From: an uncultured Phycisphaerales bacterium
GTDB taxonomy: Bacteria > Planctomycetota > Phycisphaerae > Tepidisphaerales > Tepidisphaeraceae
Length of the DNA stretch: 64,000 nt
NCBI GenBank assembly: GCA_963792535.1
Contig: CAWBWQ010000001.1
Coordinates: forward strand, 160,001 to 224,000
Reading direction: 5' to 3'
Shown: positions 9,303 to 20,028 of the stretch, piece by piece
Numbering within the stretch: the first letter of the stretch is position 1
Layout of the letters: every line of letters begins with the position of its first letter
The notes under the pieces: model-generated
What the model saw: the letters and a program-made list of their open reading frames with translations, nothing else
Told to the model about the DNA's origin: nothing
Database searches by the model: none
Made by a program: the position numbers and the translations under genes

Positions 9303-10205
9303 TCACCGTATCCCTGCGGCTGGTTCGGTGGTGAGTAACGGCGTTCGTGGTCCGCCGCCGTAGAGATCTCGCTCGGGCGAAGTCCATGATGTGAGAGGTT
9401 GGCCGTCAGGCCTGAGCAGTTCCCAATCGCTTTGGGGCATGTAATGGCGGCGGGGCACCAGCGTTACCGTGTCATCCGAGTTTAATCGCCCATCCAGGCT
9501 GTCGTCCGTGGTTTTCTGTCGTCCGTGGTTGTCCTCGGTCATTGTGCAATGAATGGTGAAAGCAGCGGAATCATTTGGATTCGGCTGACCGGCATACGCA
9601 CGAAATGTGAACTCGTCGAAAAGGAATTTCCGCAGCGTGATCACCTGCGCTCTCAGCGGGCTTTGAGAACTTCGCCGCGCCCGGTGTGATAACACTTACA
9701 CGCAGCCGGGCTTCGCTACCCGCACCCATAATATCAACGGCGACCAATCGTGGCAGTCCACCGCCAACATGGCGTTCATGCAGAAATGCGGTGCCGATGC
9801 ATCCGAAAGGGCTGTTCTTCATCTGAAATGTAAGATCTTGATCCCAGATTCCCGGGATAGTCGCCCAGCATTTCGGATCACCGGCGGCCCCAAAACTGCA
9901 TTGCCGTCCGATCGTGACCAACGATCGGCCAACAACATGAGAGGAGAGTCTTCCTTCCTGGTGGTGAAAACGATCAAGCTTTCCGGTGCGGCATACGACA
10001 GGCATTGGTTCTGAAAATCCAGTCCCTTTCGCAGCTCCTCCGCAGCTTGCTTTTGCTTCTGATACAACGCCCATCGATTTGCGATGATCGGAGACAGAAT
10101 CCACCACCCCGCAAGAAATGCGACGAGTCCAAGGACCGCCAGGATAACAGGCCGCGACCATGACCGCGGCGGCCTTCCATAATCGAGTTGAATCGGGCTG
10201 GTCAT
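9303..10205 (-). CDS. Hypothetical membrane-anchored protein (two frameshifts)
   Basis: MTSPIQLDYG + TM helix, then FLHER...RLVAV and YAGQPNPNDSAAFTI...DGRLNSDDTV segments across three overlapping ORFs. Confidence 0.55.
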
Positions 10206-10250
10206 AGTCGACGCATTATACAGAGTGAAGTAATGGGCGCGATGAACCGG

Positions 10251-10274
10251 AGCCCCGGATGTACATCCGGGGCT
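10251..10274. repeat. Perfect 24-bp palindrome (REP-like or terminator)
   Basis: AGCCCCGGATGTACATCCGGGGCT, intergenic. Confidence 0.7.
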
Positions 10275-10282
10275 TTTTCGGA

Positions 10283-10645
10283 TCACCCGCGCCATTTGTT
10301 GATGACGATGCCGTCTTTGATGTCGATGAAGACGATTTCGGTGGTTTCGTTCGTACCGCCGCCGCCGAAGATGAGGAAGACGGCTCCGCCGCTGTCGGTA
10401 TGTTCGGTGTAGATAAATTTCCAGACTTCGTCGGTTTCAGTTTTTGTTTTGGAGTTGGGCTGCCCCAGCGTGGCAGCGATCCAGCCTTCGGTGGTGCTGC
10501 CGGGTTTGATCTGGTTGAACGTTGCCTGGGCAACCCGCGTGCCGGTGTGGGTGGTGTCAGAGTGCATGGTAATCAGACAGCCGGCCAGCAGGCAAAACAT
10601 TGCCGGCAATGTTTTACGGACGATCAGGTTCGGGCGGATTTTCAT
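10283..10645 (-). CDS. Small lipoprotein, SmpA/OmlA (BamE-like) domain
   Basis: Lipobox LLAGC; QIKPGSTTEGWIAATLGQP...EVWKFIY pattern. Confidence 0.65.
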   Translation of the reverse strand: MKIRPNLIVRKTLPAMFCLLAGCLITMHSDTTHTGTRVAQATFNQIKPGSTTEGWIAATLGQPNSKTKTETDEVWKFIYTEHTDSGGAVFLIFGGGGTNETTEIVFIDIKDGIVINKWRG

Positions 10646-10756
10646 TCGGGTATCCTCGGATCAAAAGCAATTCTATTGGCAAGCAAGACACGCTGGCAAT
10701 TGAATAATTAGCGTGCGGAAACGATCCGTCTTCAGGGAAATCAAAGGGGACGCGAA

Positions 10757-11774
10757 GGCTCTGTCTCGACCCTCACTCCAGCTTGGCTAACAGCATCAGA
10801 TTGTGAGTGATCGCCATCAGCCTTTGCTCTAGCTTTCGTGCGGGTGCTGCGGCTGCGAAGGCTGTCTCCAAGGTTCCGTTTGAGCATGCTCATTACCGTC
10901 TCGGCTTGGCGCGGCAGCCATAGGGCTGGCCCTTCTGCGAGCCGCTAATCAAATAGTGCATCATTCGGCGATAATGGCCCGACGGTGCTTTGCTGGTCTG
11001 GCGACCAACGCCAGTCTTGATGTACGACCGGATTCCCATTTGCTCGCGTGCTGTCACATGGTTGGCTTCTGAATCATATCCGGCATCGGCGTAGACGCAC
11101 CAGACACGGTGGCGACGAGTCGCCTGCCGGAGCACCGGAACAAAGTCTGGCGCGTGCGCTTCCCATGCCGGTCTTGGCCATCGCGTCAAGGATCACGTGC
11201 GACGCCACATCGGTCGCCAGAACGAGCTTGGGTGATTTGCGCGGTGCAACTGCACATTGTGTCTGCCGAGGTATTGTCGCTCTCGCGGCGATGCCGCAGG
11301 CGACGCTCATAGTGGCGGCTGCGATGGTGGGTGTCATACAGCGTGGAATCGATGGCCGCGTCGGTCCCCAGCACTTTGCATTGCTCGAACCAACTGGCCA
11401 GCAGATCGAGCAGGCGACTGGTGCGGGCAAGTGTCACGATGCTGTGAAACGCGCGGCACAGCGTGTTGTGATCCGGAGGCCGGGGCATGCCGATCAACTT
11501 GCACCAGTCGGTGTCTGTCAGAAGCGACTCGACGCCGCGATAGCTACAGTGCATCAGCTCGCGTACCACCAAACACGCGAACAACTGGGCCAGAGTGAAA
11601 TCCTTGCGACTGCATGGGCTGGAATGAGCTGGCAGAACACGCTGCGCTAAACGATAAGCCAGCTGCATCACCTTCCATGGCGATTTTGAGGTCTCCATGC
11701 TGTAGTGTGTATTGCGCGTTGCACCGCCGCGCGAGCGAACAAAATGCGGACAGATAGAGGGTCGAGACAGAGCC
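10757..11774 (-). mobile_element. IS5-family insertion sequence (IS-B, copy 2)
   Basis: Near-identical to 2597-3615 with the same 18-bp IRs; no direct target duplication. Confidence 0.92.
10773..11698 (-). CDS. IS5-family DDE transposase (frameshifted)
   Basis: Same protein as 2613-3539, split over ORFs 11186..11806, 11074..11430 and 10893..11189. Confidence 0.85.
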
Positions 11775-12047
11775 TTTGCGTCCCCTTTGATTCCCCCATT
11801 TAACATTTTATTGAGCGCTCCGCTTCATTTTCTCCGTGTCGCACTGATCCACTATCCAAATCCAGTGATTGCCAACACGGCGATTTTTGCTGCAACCCAA
11901 AGCTGACGCGATCAATCCGTTTTAAGTCGGTTAGCAAGACCAATGGATCGTTCTTCGATTTTTTCCAGCGGATGGCTGGGGCCCCGGCGGCATTAAAATT
12001 ACAAAGAATTCCTCCATCCGCTATCCTCATCCCTTCAGGAGTTACAC

Positions 12048-12386
12048 ATGCAGCGAATTTATGGTGTGCGCGATTCAACAGAAGCCGAGTTCGTGCGCGG
12101 ATTGCTCGAGGCTGAAGAGATCCCGGCGATCGTGCAGGGAAACGCTCTAGAGGGCGCTCGCGGAGATATTCCTTTTACCGAAGGCGCGATGCCATCGGTC
12201 TGGGTGAACGAGGCCGATCTTGAGCGGGCGACACTGGTGGTCGAAGAGTTCCGCCGCGGTGGGCCGGGCGGCAGCATGCTGCAGACCGCCTGGACCTGCC
12301 ACCGTTGCGGTGAAACACTCGAAGGCCAGTTCACCACCTGCTGGAACTGCGGTGCCGAAAAACCGTTGCCGGTCACCAGCCTGTGA
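12048..12386 (+). CDS. DUF2007 domain protein with C-terminal zinc ribbon
   Basis: EAEFVRGLLEAEEIPAIVQG; WTCHRCGETLEGQFTTCWNCG; RBS AGGAG. Confidence 0.85.
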   Translation: MQRIYGVRDSTEAEFVRGLLEAEEIPAIVQGNALEGARGDIPFTEGAMPSVWVNEADLERATLVVEEFRRGGPGGSMLQTAWTCHRCGETLEGQFTTCWNCGAEKPLPVTSL

Positions 12387-12416
12387 AAGTGTGACCGTGG
12401 TCCTGGAGCATGTTAG

Positions 12417-14584
12417 ATGTCTGTAACTGTGGATCGACAACCCCTATCAACCGCCGGGCCGACAACAATCGCGATGCGATTTTTCGCACGCCTCTGGATG
12501 GGTTGGTTTCTGTTCACCGCCGTGGAAATTGTCTGGATCTGTTATCTGCAGCATTCAGACAGCCGGTTCCGACCTGATCCAGCTGAAACCGGAATTTCTT
12601 CCCCCTATCGCGACGCACAGTGGATTTCCTTCGAAGTCGCGGCCGCAGCTTTGTGGGTGGCGGTCTTTGGAATAATGACAGCGGCGCTCCTTGCACTGAC
12701 GCGTCTTTGCAGGTTACCCAAGCGCGCAGCTTCGCGCTTTCTCATCGCGACAAAAATTCTGGTTCTCTGGACCTTCCTCGTCCTGGTGGTACTCAGTTGG
12801 GGCGCGTTCATAACCAACGGCACGTTTCTGGACCGCGACTCGATTTATTTTTCATTTCAGTTAACCCATCCTTTCCGCATGCTTTTCTGGACCAGTCCCG
12901 TGGTGGTTTCACTGTTGCCGTTTGTCGCATTGCTGATCGTCGTTGGCGGGGGATGGATCATTCGAAGAATCGAGCGACGGATCGGAAAGCGCTGGACAAA
13001 AATCCTCGCGACCACAGGGTTTCCCCTAGCGATGGGTCTGTTTTTATTCAGCACCGGCTCAGATTCGGCTGCGCGACAACCGCCTTCAGCAGGAGGTGGT
13101 AATGAATTACTTGGCGCAGCACATGTGAGTTCTGAAACCCTCTGGAGATATCGGCGATACAGGCTGGGCCCTTGCTCGACCGCGCTGTTGGACATTCTCG
13201 ATCTCGGCGCGATCCCGGATGTGATTCCACCGGAAGACAAATCCATCGCGCTTGACTATCGGCCTCGAATTTCGATGGACGATTACTTTCAGCATGTGAA
13301 CGTGCCGGCCGTGCATCGGTGGAATGTCGTCCTTGTCGAAGTCGAATCGATGCGTGCTGATTCCCTGCGCGCGAAGGCGCGACGCGCGACATCATGCCGA
13401 TGACCGATTCGCTCGCGGCTCAGTCGCTGCTGTTCGATCACGCTTACACCCAGGCGACCCATTCGAATTATGCCGTGGGCTGCCCGCCTTCGTCGCAGTA
13501 TCCCCTGCGCGCGACCCAGCCTTACGCGTATGCAGCTGATCCGCCTTATCCGCGCGTGATGATCTACGATATTTTAAAACACCTCGGCTACGGCGTCGGC
13601 CTGTTTTCCAGTGGAAATGAACATTGGTTTGGGATGAATAATTTTCTCCAAACGCCCAGCGTCGATGCCTATCAGGACGCAGAGACCTGGACAGGTCCGA
13701 CGCAGATCTTTGCCTGGGACATAGGCTTTGCCCAATGGGCGAAAAAAACCAAACATCATGGCGTGATGGACGATCGCTTTACCGTGCAGTCCGCGATGGA
13801 CTGGATCGATCAGCAATCACACCCATTTTTTGTTTATCTGAATTTCCAGGCCAGCCATTTCCCCTACATGGTTCCCGATACGTATCCCCGGCGTTTCAGT
13901 TCTGCCGCCGCCCCGGATTTTGCGATGAACTTTGCGGGTTATCCGCGTGACAAAATTGAAGTCGTTCGAGGCATGTATGACGACAGCCTCGGTTATGTCG
14001 ATTCCCAGCTGGCACGGCTCTGCCAGCACCTGAAAGACCGCGGACAATGGGACAATACCATCCTGATCCTCACCGGCGATCACGGGCAGGCGTTTTACGA
14101 ACACGGCTTTCCAGCTCACGCAAACATGCTTTTTAACGAACTGGTCTGCGTCCCTCTGTTTATGCGTGTGCCCGGCGCAGCGCCGAAGGTAGACCACGAC
14201 CCGGTGCAGCATGTCGACATCGCCCCGATGCTGCTGCATCTTATGGGCCTTCCTCCGCATCCGGGTGAGCAGGGCTGCGACGAGCTCGATCCCCATCGTT
14301 CGGCACATCACGCGATTTACATCATGGTTCAAACCCCACTGGCCGAGCAGTTTGCGATTGTACAGGACGGATACAAGCTAATTTTCGGCAGAAGAGAAAA
14401 CGCCTACGCGCTTTACAATGAAAACGAGGATACCGGCGAGCTGGTGAACGTGATCCGCTCCCAGCCCGACCGGGCCCTGCGCTTAAAAAGCCGCCTTGAC
14501 GCCTGGCGGTCGGCGCAGCTCCGGTTCTACATCAATGGTAATTTTCAGAAAGTATTCTTTGCGCCGGTGCTGCCGGATCCGTGA
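12417..14584 (+). CDS. Membrane-anchored sulfatase-like / LTA-synthase-family hydrolase; frameshift near 13375
   Basis: Five TM helices, NVVLVEVESMRAD, HFPY, ILTGDHG, VPLFMRVP, HVDIAP. Confidence 0.8.
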
Positions 14585-14601
14585 TGCGGGGGAAGCTGGT
14601 G

Positions 14602-14628
14602 GCTGCAAATCGTTAAATGATTTTGCCC
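14602..14628. repeat. Degenerate half copy of the REP/MITE family at 16207 and 52554
   Basis: GCTGCAAATCGTTAAATGATTTTGCCC vs GCTACAAATCGTCAAATGATTTTGCCC. Confidence 0.7.
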
Positions 14629-14731
14629 TGCGGGGTGGCATGTCGCCGGTCGGATATGCTAGAAGCGAGGGAAGCGAGCCGCTATACTTTGCGTTGATTC
14701 GCTTTAGTACGTTTGGAAACAGGAGCTTGCG

Positions 14732-16136
14732 ATGTCCGGAATGACGATGACGGAGAAAATCTTGGCCAGGCACTCGGGTAAAAGCCGGGTTGAGGCCGGA
14801 GACAATGTCTGGGTAAATGTTGATGTTCTGATGACGCACGACGTGTGCGGGCCGGGCACCATCGGCATATTCCACGATAAATTCGGGCGAAACGCGAAGG
14901 TGTGGGACAAGGATCGGGTGGTCATCATCCCGGATCACTACATCTTCACCGCGGATGATAAATGTCATCGCAATATCCAGACGCTGCGGGATTTCGTGAC
15001 CGAACAGGGTCTGAAATATTATTACGATCCGGAATTTGTGACCTTAAGTCCGGGGATGCCGAGTCCGTACCGGGATCCAAACAAGACGAATTACAAGGGC
15101 GTTTGTCACAAAGCGCTGCCGGAAGAAGGGCACATTCGCCCCGGTGAGATTCTGCTGGGGACCGACAGCCATACGTGTACGGCAGGCGCATTCGGGCAGT
15201 TTGCCACTGGAGTTGGAAACACCGATGCAGCTTTTGTGCTCGGCACCGGCAAGACCTGGTTGAAGGTTCCGCCGACGATGAAGTTCAGCTTCCACGGGGA
15301 AATCCCCGCGTATCTGACAGCAAAAGACCTGATCCTGGCCGTCATCGGTGAGATCGGCGTGGACGGCGCAACCTATCGGTCGATGTATTTCACCGGAACG
15401 GGCATCAGCAGCTTGACGCTGGAAGACCGGATGACGCTGACCAACATGGCAATTGAAGCCGGTGGCAAAAACGGCATCTGCGATGTGGATGAAAAAACGC
15501 TCGCATACGTGCGGGCGCAGCAATCGTCCGGAATGGGAGGTGGTGAGCGAGGATGAGAATGCCACCTATCACTTTGAAGCCGAGTGGGATTTGAAGGCGA
15601 TGGAACCGCTGGTCGCCAAGCCACATAGTCCGGACAATCGAGACACCGCTTTTAACTGCCGCGATGTGAAGCTGGATCAGGCGTACATCGGCTCGTGCAC
15701 GGGTGGGAAGATCACCGACATGATTTTTGCCGCCAACCTGCTCAAGGGCCACAACGTGAAGATTCCGACCAAGGTGGTGCCGGGCAGCACCGAAGTACAC
15801 TCGGACATGAAGCGCCTGAACCTGCGTGGAGCCGAGCGACAGGGAAACGAAAAGAGCATTGAGGACGTGCTGCTGGACGCGGGCTGCGAGGTATTCGCCA
15901 GCGGTTGCGGCGCCTGCCTGGGTGGTCCGCCTGACACCTTCGGTCGATTGATGAAAAGCGAAGTGTGCATCAGCACCACCAATCGCAATTTTCCCGGTCG
16001 CATGGGATCGACGAAGTCGTCGGTTTACTTAGCGTCGCCTTTAACCGTCGCTGCGAGTGCATTGACCGGGTACGTGACCGATCCTCGCGATTATGTATCC
16101 ACGCGGATCGAAACGGGAATGGCGGGGGTCATGTAA
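14732..16136 (+). CDS. leuC: 3-isopropylmalate dehydratase large subunit (aconitase family); frameshift near 15515
   Basis: MTMTEKILA, GTDSHTCTAGAFG, IGSCTGG, CGACLGG, STTNRNFPGRMG. Confidence 0.88.
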
Positions 16137-16206
16137 GGTCTGCCGGTGCTTGTGATCCTTTTTGCGAGGCTGCTGAGCGAGGATCACAAACCGGCTGCGG
16201 TTGGCA

Positions 16207-16293
16207 GGGCAGAATCATTTGACGCGTGCTGGGCCGGTTCTTTGTAGCTGCGACGCCGGCGTCGCAGCTACAAATCGTCAAATGATTTTGCCC
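16207..16293. repeat. MITE-like element with internal GTAG-REP palindrome
   Basis: 18-bp IRs GGGCAGAATCATTTGACG / CGTCAAATGATTTTGCCC; perfect 34-bp palindrome at 16241-16274. Confidence 0.85.
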
Positions 16294-16323
16294 GGCAGGG
16301 GCTGGCGTTTCCATCCTCCTGAT

Positions 16324-16352
16324 TTGACACCCGCAAATGGCTCCGCGACAAT
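16324..16352 (+). promoter_or_regulatory. Putative sigma70 promoter
   Basis: TTGACA-17 nt-GACAAT upstream of the lipoprotein gene. Confidence 0.45.
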
Positions 16353-16392
16353 CCTTAATAGATCGTCAGACCGTTTAGAGGAGATGGATTTC

Positions 16393-18074
16393 ATGGCCCA
16401 TTCGGCCTTTTTTTCTTGTGCATCTTCACGCCTGGGTCGCGCCTGTGCCGTTGGTTTTGCAGCGGCAAGCCTGCTGCTGAGCGGTTGCGACAACGCCACC
16501 AGCAAAGCGGACAAAGAAGTGACGCGTCAACTGAATGACGCGGTAGATCTTTCCAGCGGAACTGAATCCGATCGTCTGACCGCGCATCAGCAACTCGATA
16601 CGGCTTCGCGTGACACCACGGCCTCGCTGCCGGTGCGCCTTTGCGCGAAGGTATTGCTGGCCGACAGCGAACTGCACACCGCCCAGGATCTCGCAGCCCA
16701 GGTTCAGAATAACGACGTGTTGATTGACAGCCTTATTCGAGAAATGGATTTGTTGGCCGGCGAGATCGACAATAACAATGTTCACGTTGCCGCCTTGCAG
16801 AAATACGAGCCCACCGCGCTGCAAACCGAAGTTGCGCAGAAGCAGACCGATATAAAAGGCTCCGATGATAAGCCGGATTGGGTAAAGTCCGGCGATGTCG
16901 CGCTGCCGTCATTGAGCGCGTAACGACAAACAGGCCAGTGCGCTTCAGACTCAGATTTCGCAGTTGCAGGACATCATTAAAGGTGAAACCGATCAGCGCA
17001 ATCAGTTGCTCGAGCAAGGCGACACGTTAAATCAACAGTCGTATCACGAGCAGAAGGGCAAGTCGGTCGACCTGTTTATTCAGGCCGCTGACGCGCGTAA
17101 AAAGGCGGCGGACCTCACGGTCAAACTGGACCAGGACAACCTTACGCTTTCGCGGGCCCAGGCGGATCTGTCGGTTCGCCAGGGTCAGCATGAATCGCTG
17201 ACGACAGCGGTGAAAAGTTTTGATAATCGCTCTACGCTGATCGGGCAGGACTGGACCGGAGTGCAGGCGAAAATCGCGGAATACAATGCCGACTCGAAAA
17301 AAATCATGGGGGATGACCCCGTAAACCCGCCGGTGCGGAGTTCCAAGACCCGCGACCTAAACACCGAACTGACAATCGGTTCCAAGGCGGCGGCCATCAA
17401 GGCACTGGCGGAAAAAAACCACGAGCTGCGCGGCCTGGCTGAAACACATTTCAACTCCGCCAGCGGATTTTATAAGGATGCCGAGGAACTGGCGCAGAGC
17501 CTCCAGGCGGCTTTGAGCGAGAAGTTGAACAAGCAATCGGATCCTTCGCAAAGTCCGGACGGACAGGCATTCAACGATGAAAAAACCTCGCTGGAGCTGG
17601 CAAATTACCGCTATTTCCACGCGGTTGCCGCGCTGCAGAAAGCCGAGTTTTATGCCCGGGGCGCAGCCGAATCCAAATCCCGGCTGGATCTCATCGATCG
17701 GCTGAAACCGATTGTGGCCGCCGCCGGCTTGAACATGCCCCCGACGCTGGATGACAGCGACAGCGCGATAGCATCGCAGTTAAAAACCACGCAGTCATCG
17801 GCGCGATGCGTTCTCGAACGCGTCTGACTTGTTCACCCAGATCTCCGAGGGCACCACCGCCAGCGTCGAGCAGCGCAACAGCGCTAAGGTGCAGCAGATC
17901 TTTACCCAGTACGGGGCATGGGCACTGGAACTTTCCGCGGGTGATGCGTTGAAAGCCGCCGACCATATGAAGTCGGCGCGTGACGCGGTGAGTGCCGCCC
18001 AGGCCGAAACGATCAGCCTGCCGCCGCTGCCGCCGGATCTGGCAATGGCAGGGCCGACCGCGCCGGGTAGGTAG
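16393..18074 (+). CDS. Hypothetical coiled-coil lipoprotein (frameshifts near 16920 and 17810)
   Basis: RBS GAGGAG; lipobox LLSGC; three consecutive helical ORFs 16201..16923, 16964..17827 and 17829..18074. Confidence 0.6.
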
Positions 18075-18181
18075 GTTCAAGTCTGTCGATGTCCCCGCGA
18101 TTGATGCCGAATGCCCAGCCCGGGGTGGATGGGTGCGGTTCACCGTCGAGTGGCCGGGGTCGTGTCTGTTCTGGAGAAAAA

Positions 18182-19137
18182 ATGGCGAAGGTCAGAAAAG
18201 CTGTTATCACCGCAGCGGGTCGGGGCACCCGTCAATATCCGGCAAGCACCGCGGTGCAAAAGGAAATGTTCCCGATGGTGGATCGGGACGGGCTGACCAA
18301 ACCGATCATTCAGATCATCGGGGAAGAAGCCATCGACAGCGGGATTGAGGAAATCTGCATCATCACCCAGCCCGGCGAAGAAGGACAATATCGCGATTAC
18401 TTCAAACGGCTGGACAGCGATATGGTCAAGGCGTTCCGAGGCAAGGACTGGGCCATCCTCGAAAGCGAAAAGCTCGGTGCATTCGGTGAGCGCCTTCAAT
18501 TTGCCGAGCAGAAATCCCCCGAAGGTTTCGGACACGCGGTTTATCAGGCGAAGGCTTTCGTCGGTGATGAACCGTTCCTGCTTCTTCTGGGCGATCATAT
18601 CTATGTCAGCGACATCAAGGACCGCTGTGCCCGGCAATTGATTAGAGTTTACGAGCAGTACATGCTCGATGCCGTGACCGGTGTTCAACCCACGATCGAG
18701 CGCCTGCTGCATCTGTTTGGTGTTTTGCGCGGCGAGCCCATCGATGCCGCGCGGGGGATTTATAAAGCCGATCTCATCATTGAAAAGCCAAGCGTTGAGG
18801 TCGCTCGCGCGAGCTGGCGACGAGCGGTCTGCCGGCGGGAAATTACCTGGCGCACTTTGGCATGCATGTGTTCAGTCCACGCATTTTTGACTCGCTGGAA
18901 TACCTGATTAAAAACGACATCCGCGAGAAAAAAGAAATTCAACTCACTGCCGCCCAGGAACATCTTCGCCAGAACAGCGACAAATACTGGGCCGTCGTAA
19001 CCCAAGGGCAGCGTTACGACACCGGCATCCCTTACGGTCTGATGGAAACGCAGCTGGCTCTTGCATTGAACGGCGTTCATCGCACGGAGATTTGCGAAGC
19101 CATCGCGCGCATTCTCGCGATGCAGGTAAAAAATTAA
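18182..19137 (+). CDS. galU: UTP--glucose-1-phosphate uridylyltransferase-like nucleotidyltransferase; frameshift near 18815
   Basis: VRKAVITAAGRGTR...KEMFP, GFGHAV, LLGD, IEKP, EIQLT, RYDTG. Confidence 0.8.
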
Positions 19138-19302
19138 GTGCATTCCGCCAAATATTTCGCCTAAAAGTGATGCCGCGCTACGCAGGAATTGGACGAAGAC
19201 ATCGGCGCATCCCTTGCACGCCGGCAGCGTGGAAAGGGGGCGGGGGCAGAGTCATGCTCATCTCCACAGCACCCACAGCTTTAATGCAGTCATACCAATC
19301 AA

Positions 19303-19318
19303 CGGCACGCTCATTGCT
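19303..19318 (+). promoter_or_regulatory. sigma54 (-24/-12) promoter
   Basis: CGGCACG-CTCA-TTGCT matches TGGCACG-N4-TTGCW with exact GG-N10-GC spacing, 70 nt before the ATG. Confidence 0.65.
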
Positions 19319-19387
19319 CAACCTGGAATGCATAGTTTACCAGGTGGTAAACGATATTTTTAAACCTGCATTTAACCGAGGTGTGCC

Positions 19388-19922
19388 ATGGGACTGTTTA
19401 GCACTAACACTTTTAATTCGCTCAGCGATCTTCTGATTGAGCAGCTACAGGATTTGTACGATGCCGAGAATCGGTTGACCGAGGCATTGCCAAAAATGCG
19501 TGATGCTGCCAGTTCACCGGATCTGAAAAATGCATTCGACATGCATCTGGAAGAGACCCGCGGGCATGTACGCCGCCTGGAGAACGTATTCACCCAGCTG
19601 GGAATGGCCGCCGAGCCAAACCTGTCCGGCGATGAAAGGCTTGATCAAGGAAGGCCAGGAAATGATCGATGCCGAAGGCGATCCGATGGTGAAAGACGCA
19701 GCACTGATCGCAGCAGCCCAGCGTGTGGAGCATTACGAGATGGCCGGTTACGGGTCGGTGCGTTCGTTCGCGCGTCGGCTGGGTCTGTCGGCGATTGCCG
19801 ATGTGTTGCAGATGACGCTGGATGAAGAAGGAAATGCCGACAGAAAATTGACACAATTGAGCGACACCACCTCGCCGGTGGGAGCATCAATGCCTTCAAG
19901 CCAGACAGCGATTCATGCCTGA
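19388..19922 (+). CDS. Ferritin-like DUF892 (YciF-like) stress protein; frameshift near 19615
   Basis: LQDLYDAE...ALPKM...HLEET; CPAMKGLIKEG; AAQRVEHYEMAGYG. Confidence 0.88.
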
Positions 19923-19989
19923 AGCCGGCAACGCGCGTTAGCCAGGACGCGGGAATTGGATCGGAAAATTGGTCTGCGTTTTATTCCTG

Positions 19990-20028
19990 TGCGGCAGGGC
20001 CGTCGATCCACCCTGCCGCATTTGTTTT
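19990..20028 (+). terminator. Hairpin terminator between convergent genes
   Basis: TGCGGCAGGG...CCCTGCCGCA followed by TTTGTTTT. Confidence 0.6.

Larger units (their letters stand above)
10735..11797. mobile_element. TIR mini-element (GGGGACGC variant) carrying IS-B at its centre
   Basis: GGGAAATCAAAGGGGACGCGAA (10735-10756) and inverted TTTGCGTCCCCTTTGATTCCCCC (11775-11797) directly abut the IS ends. Confidence 0.7.
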
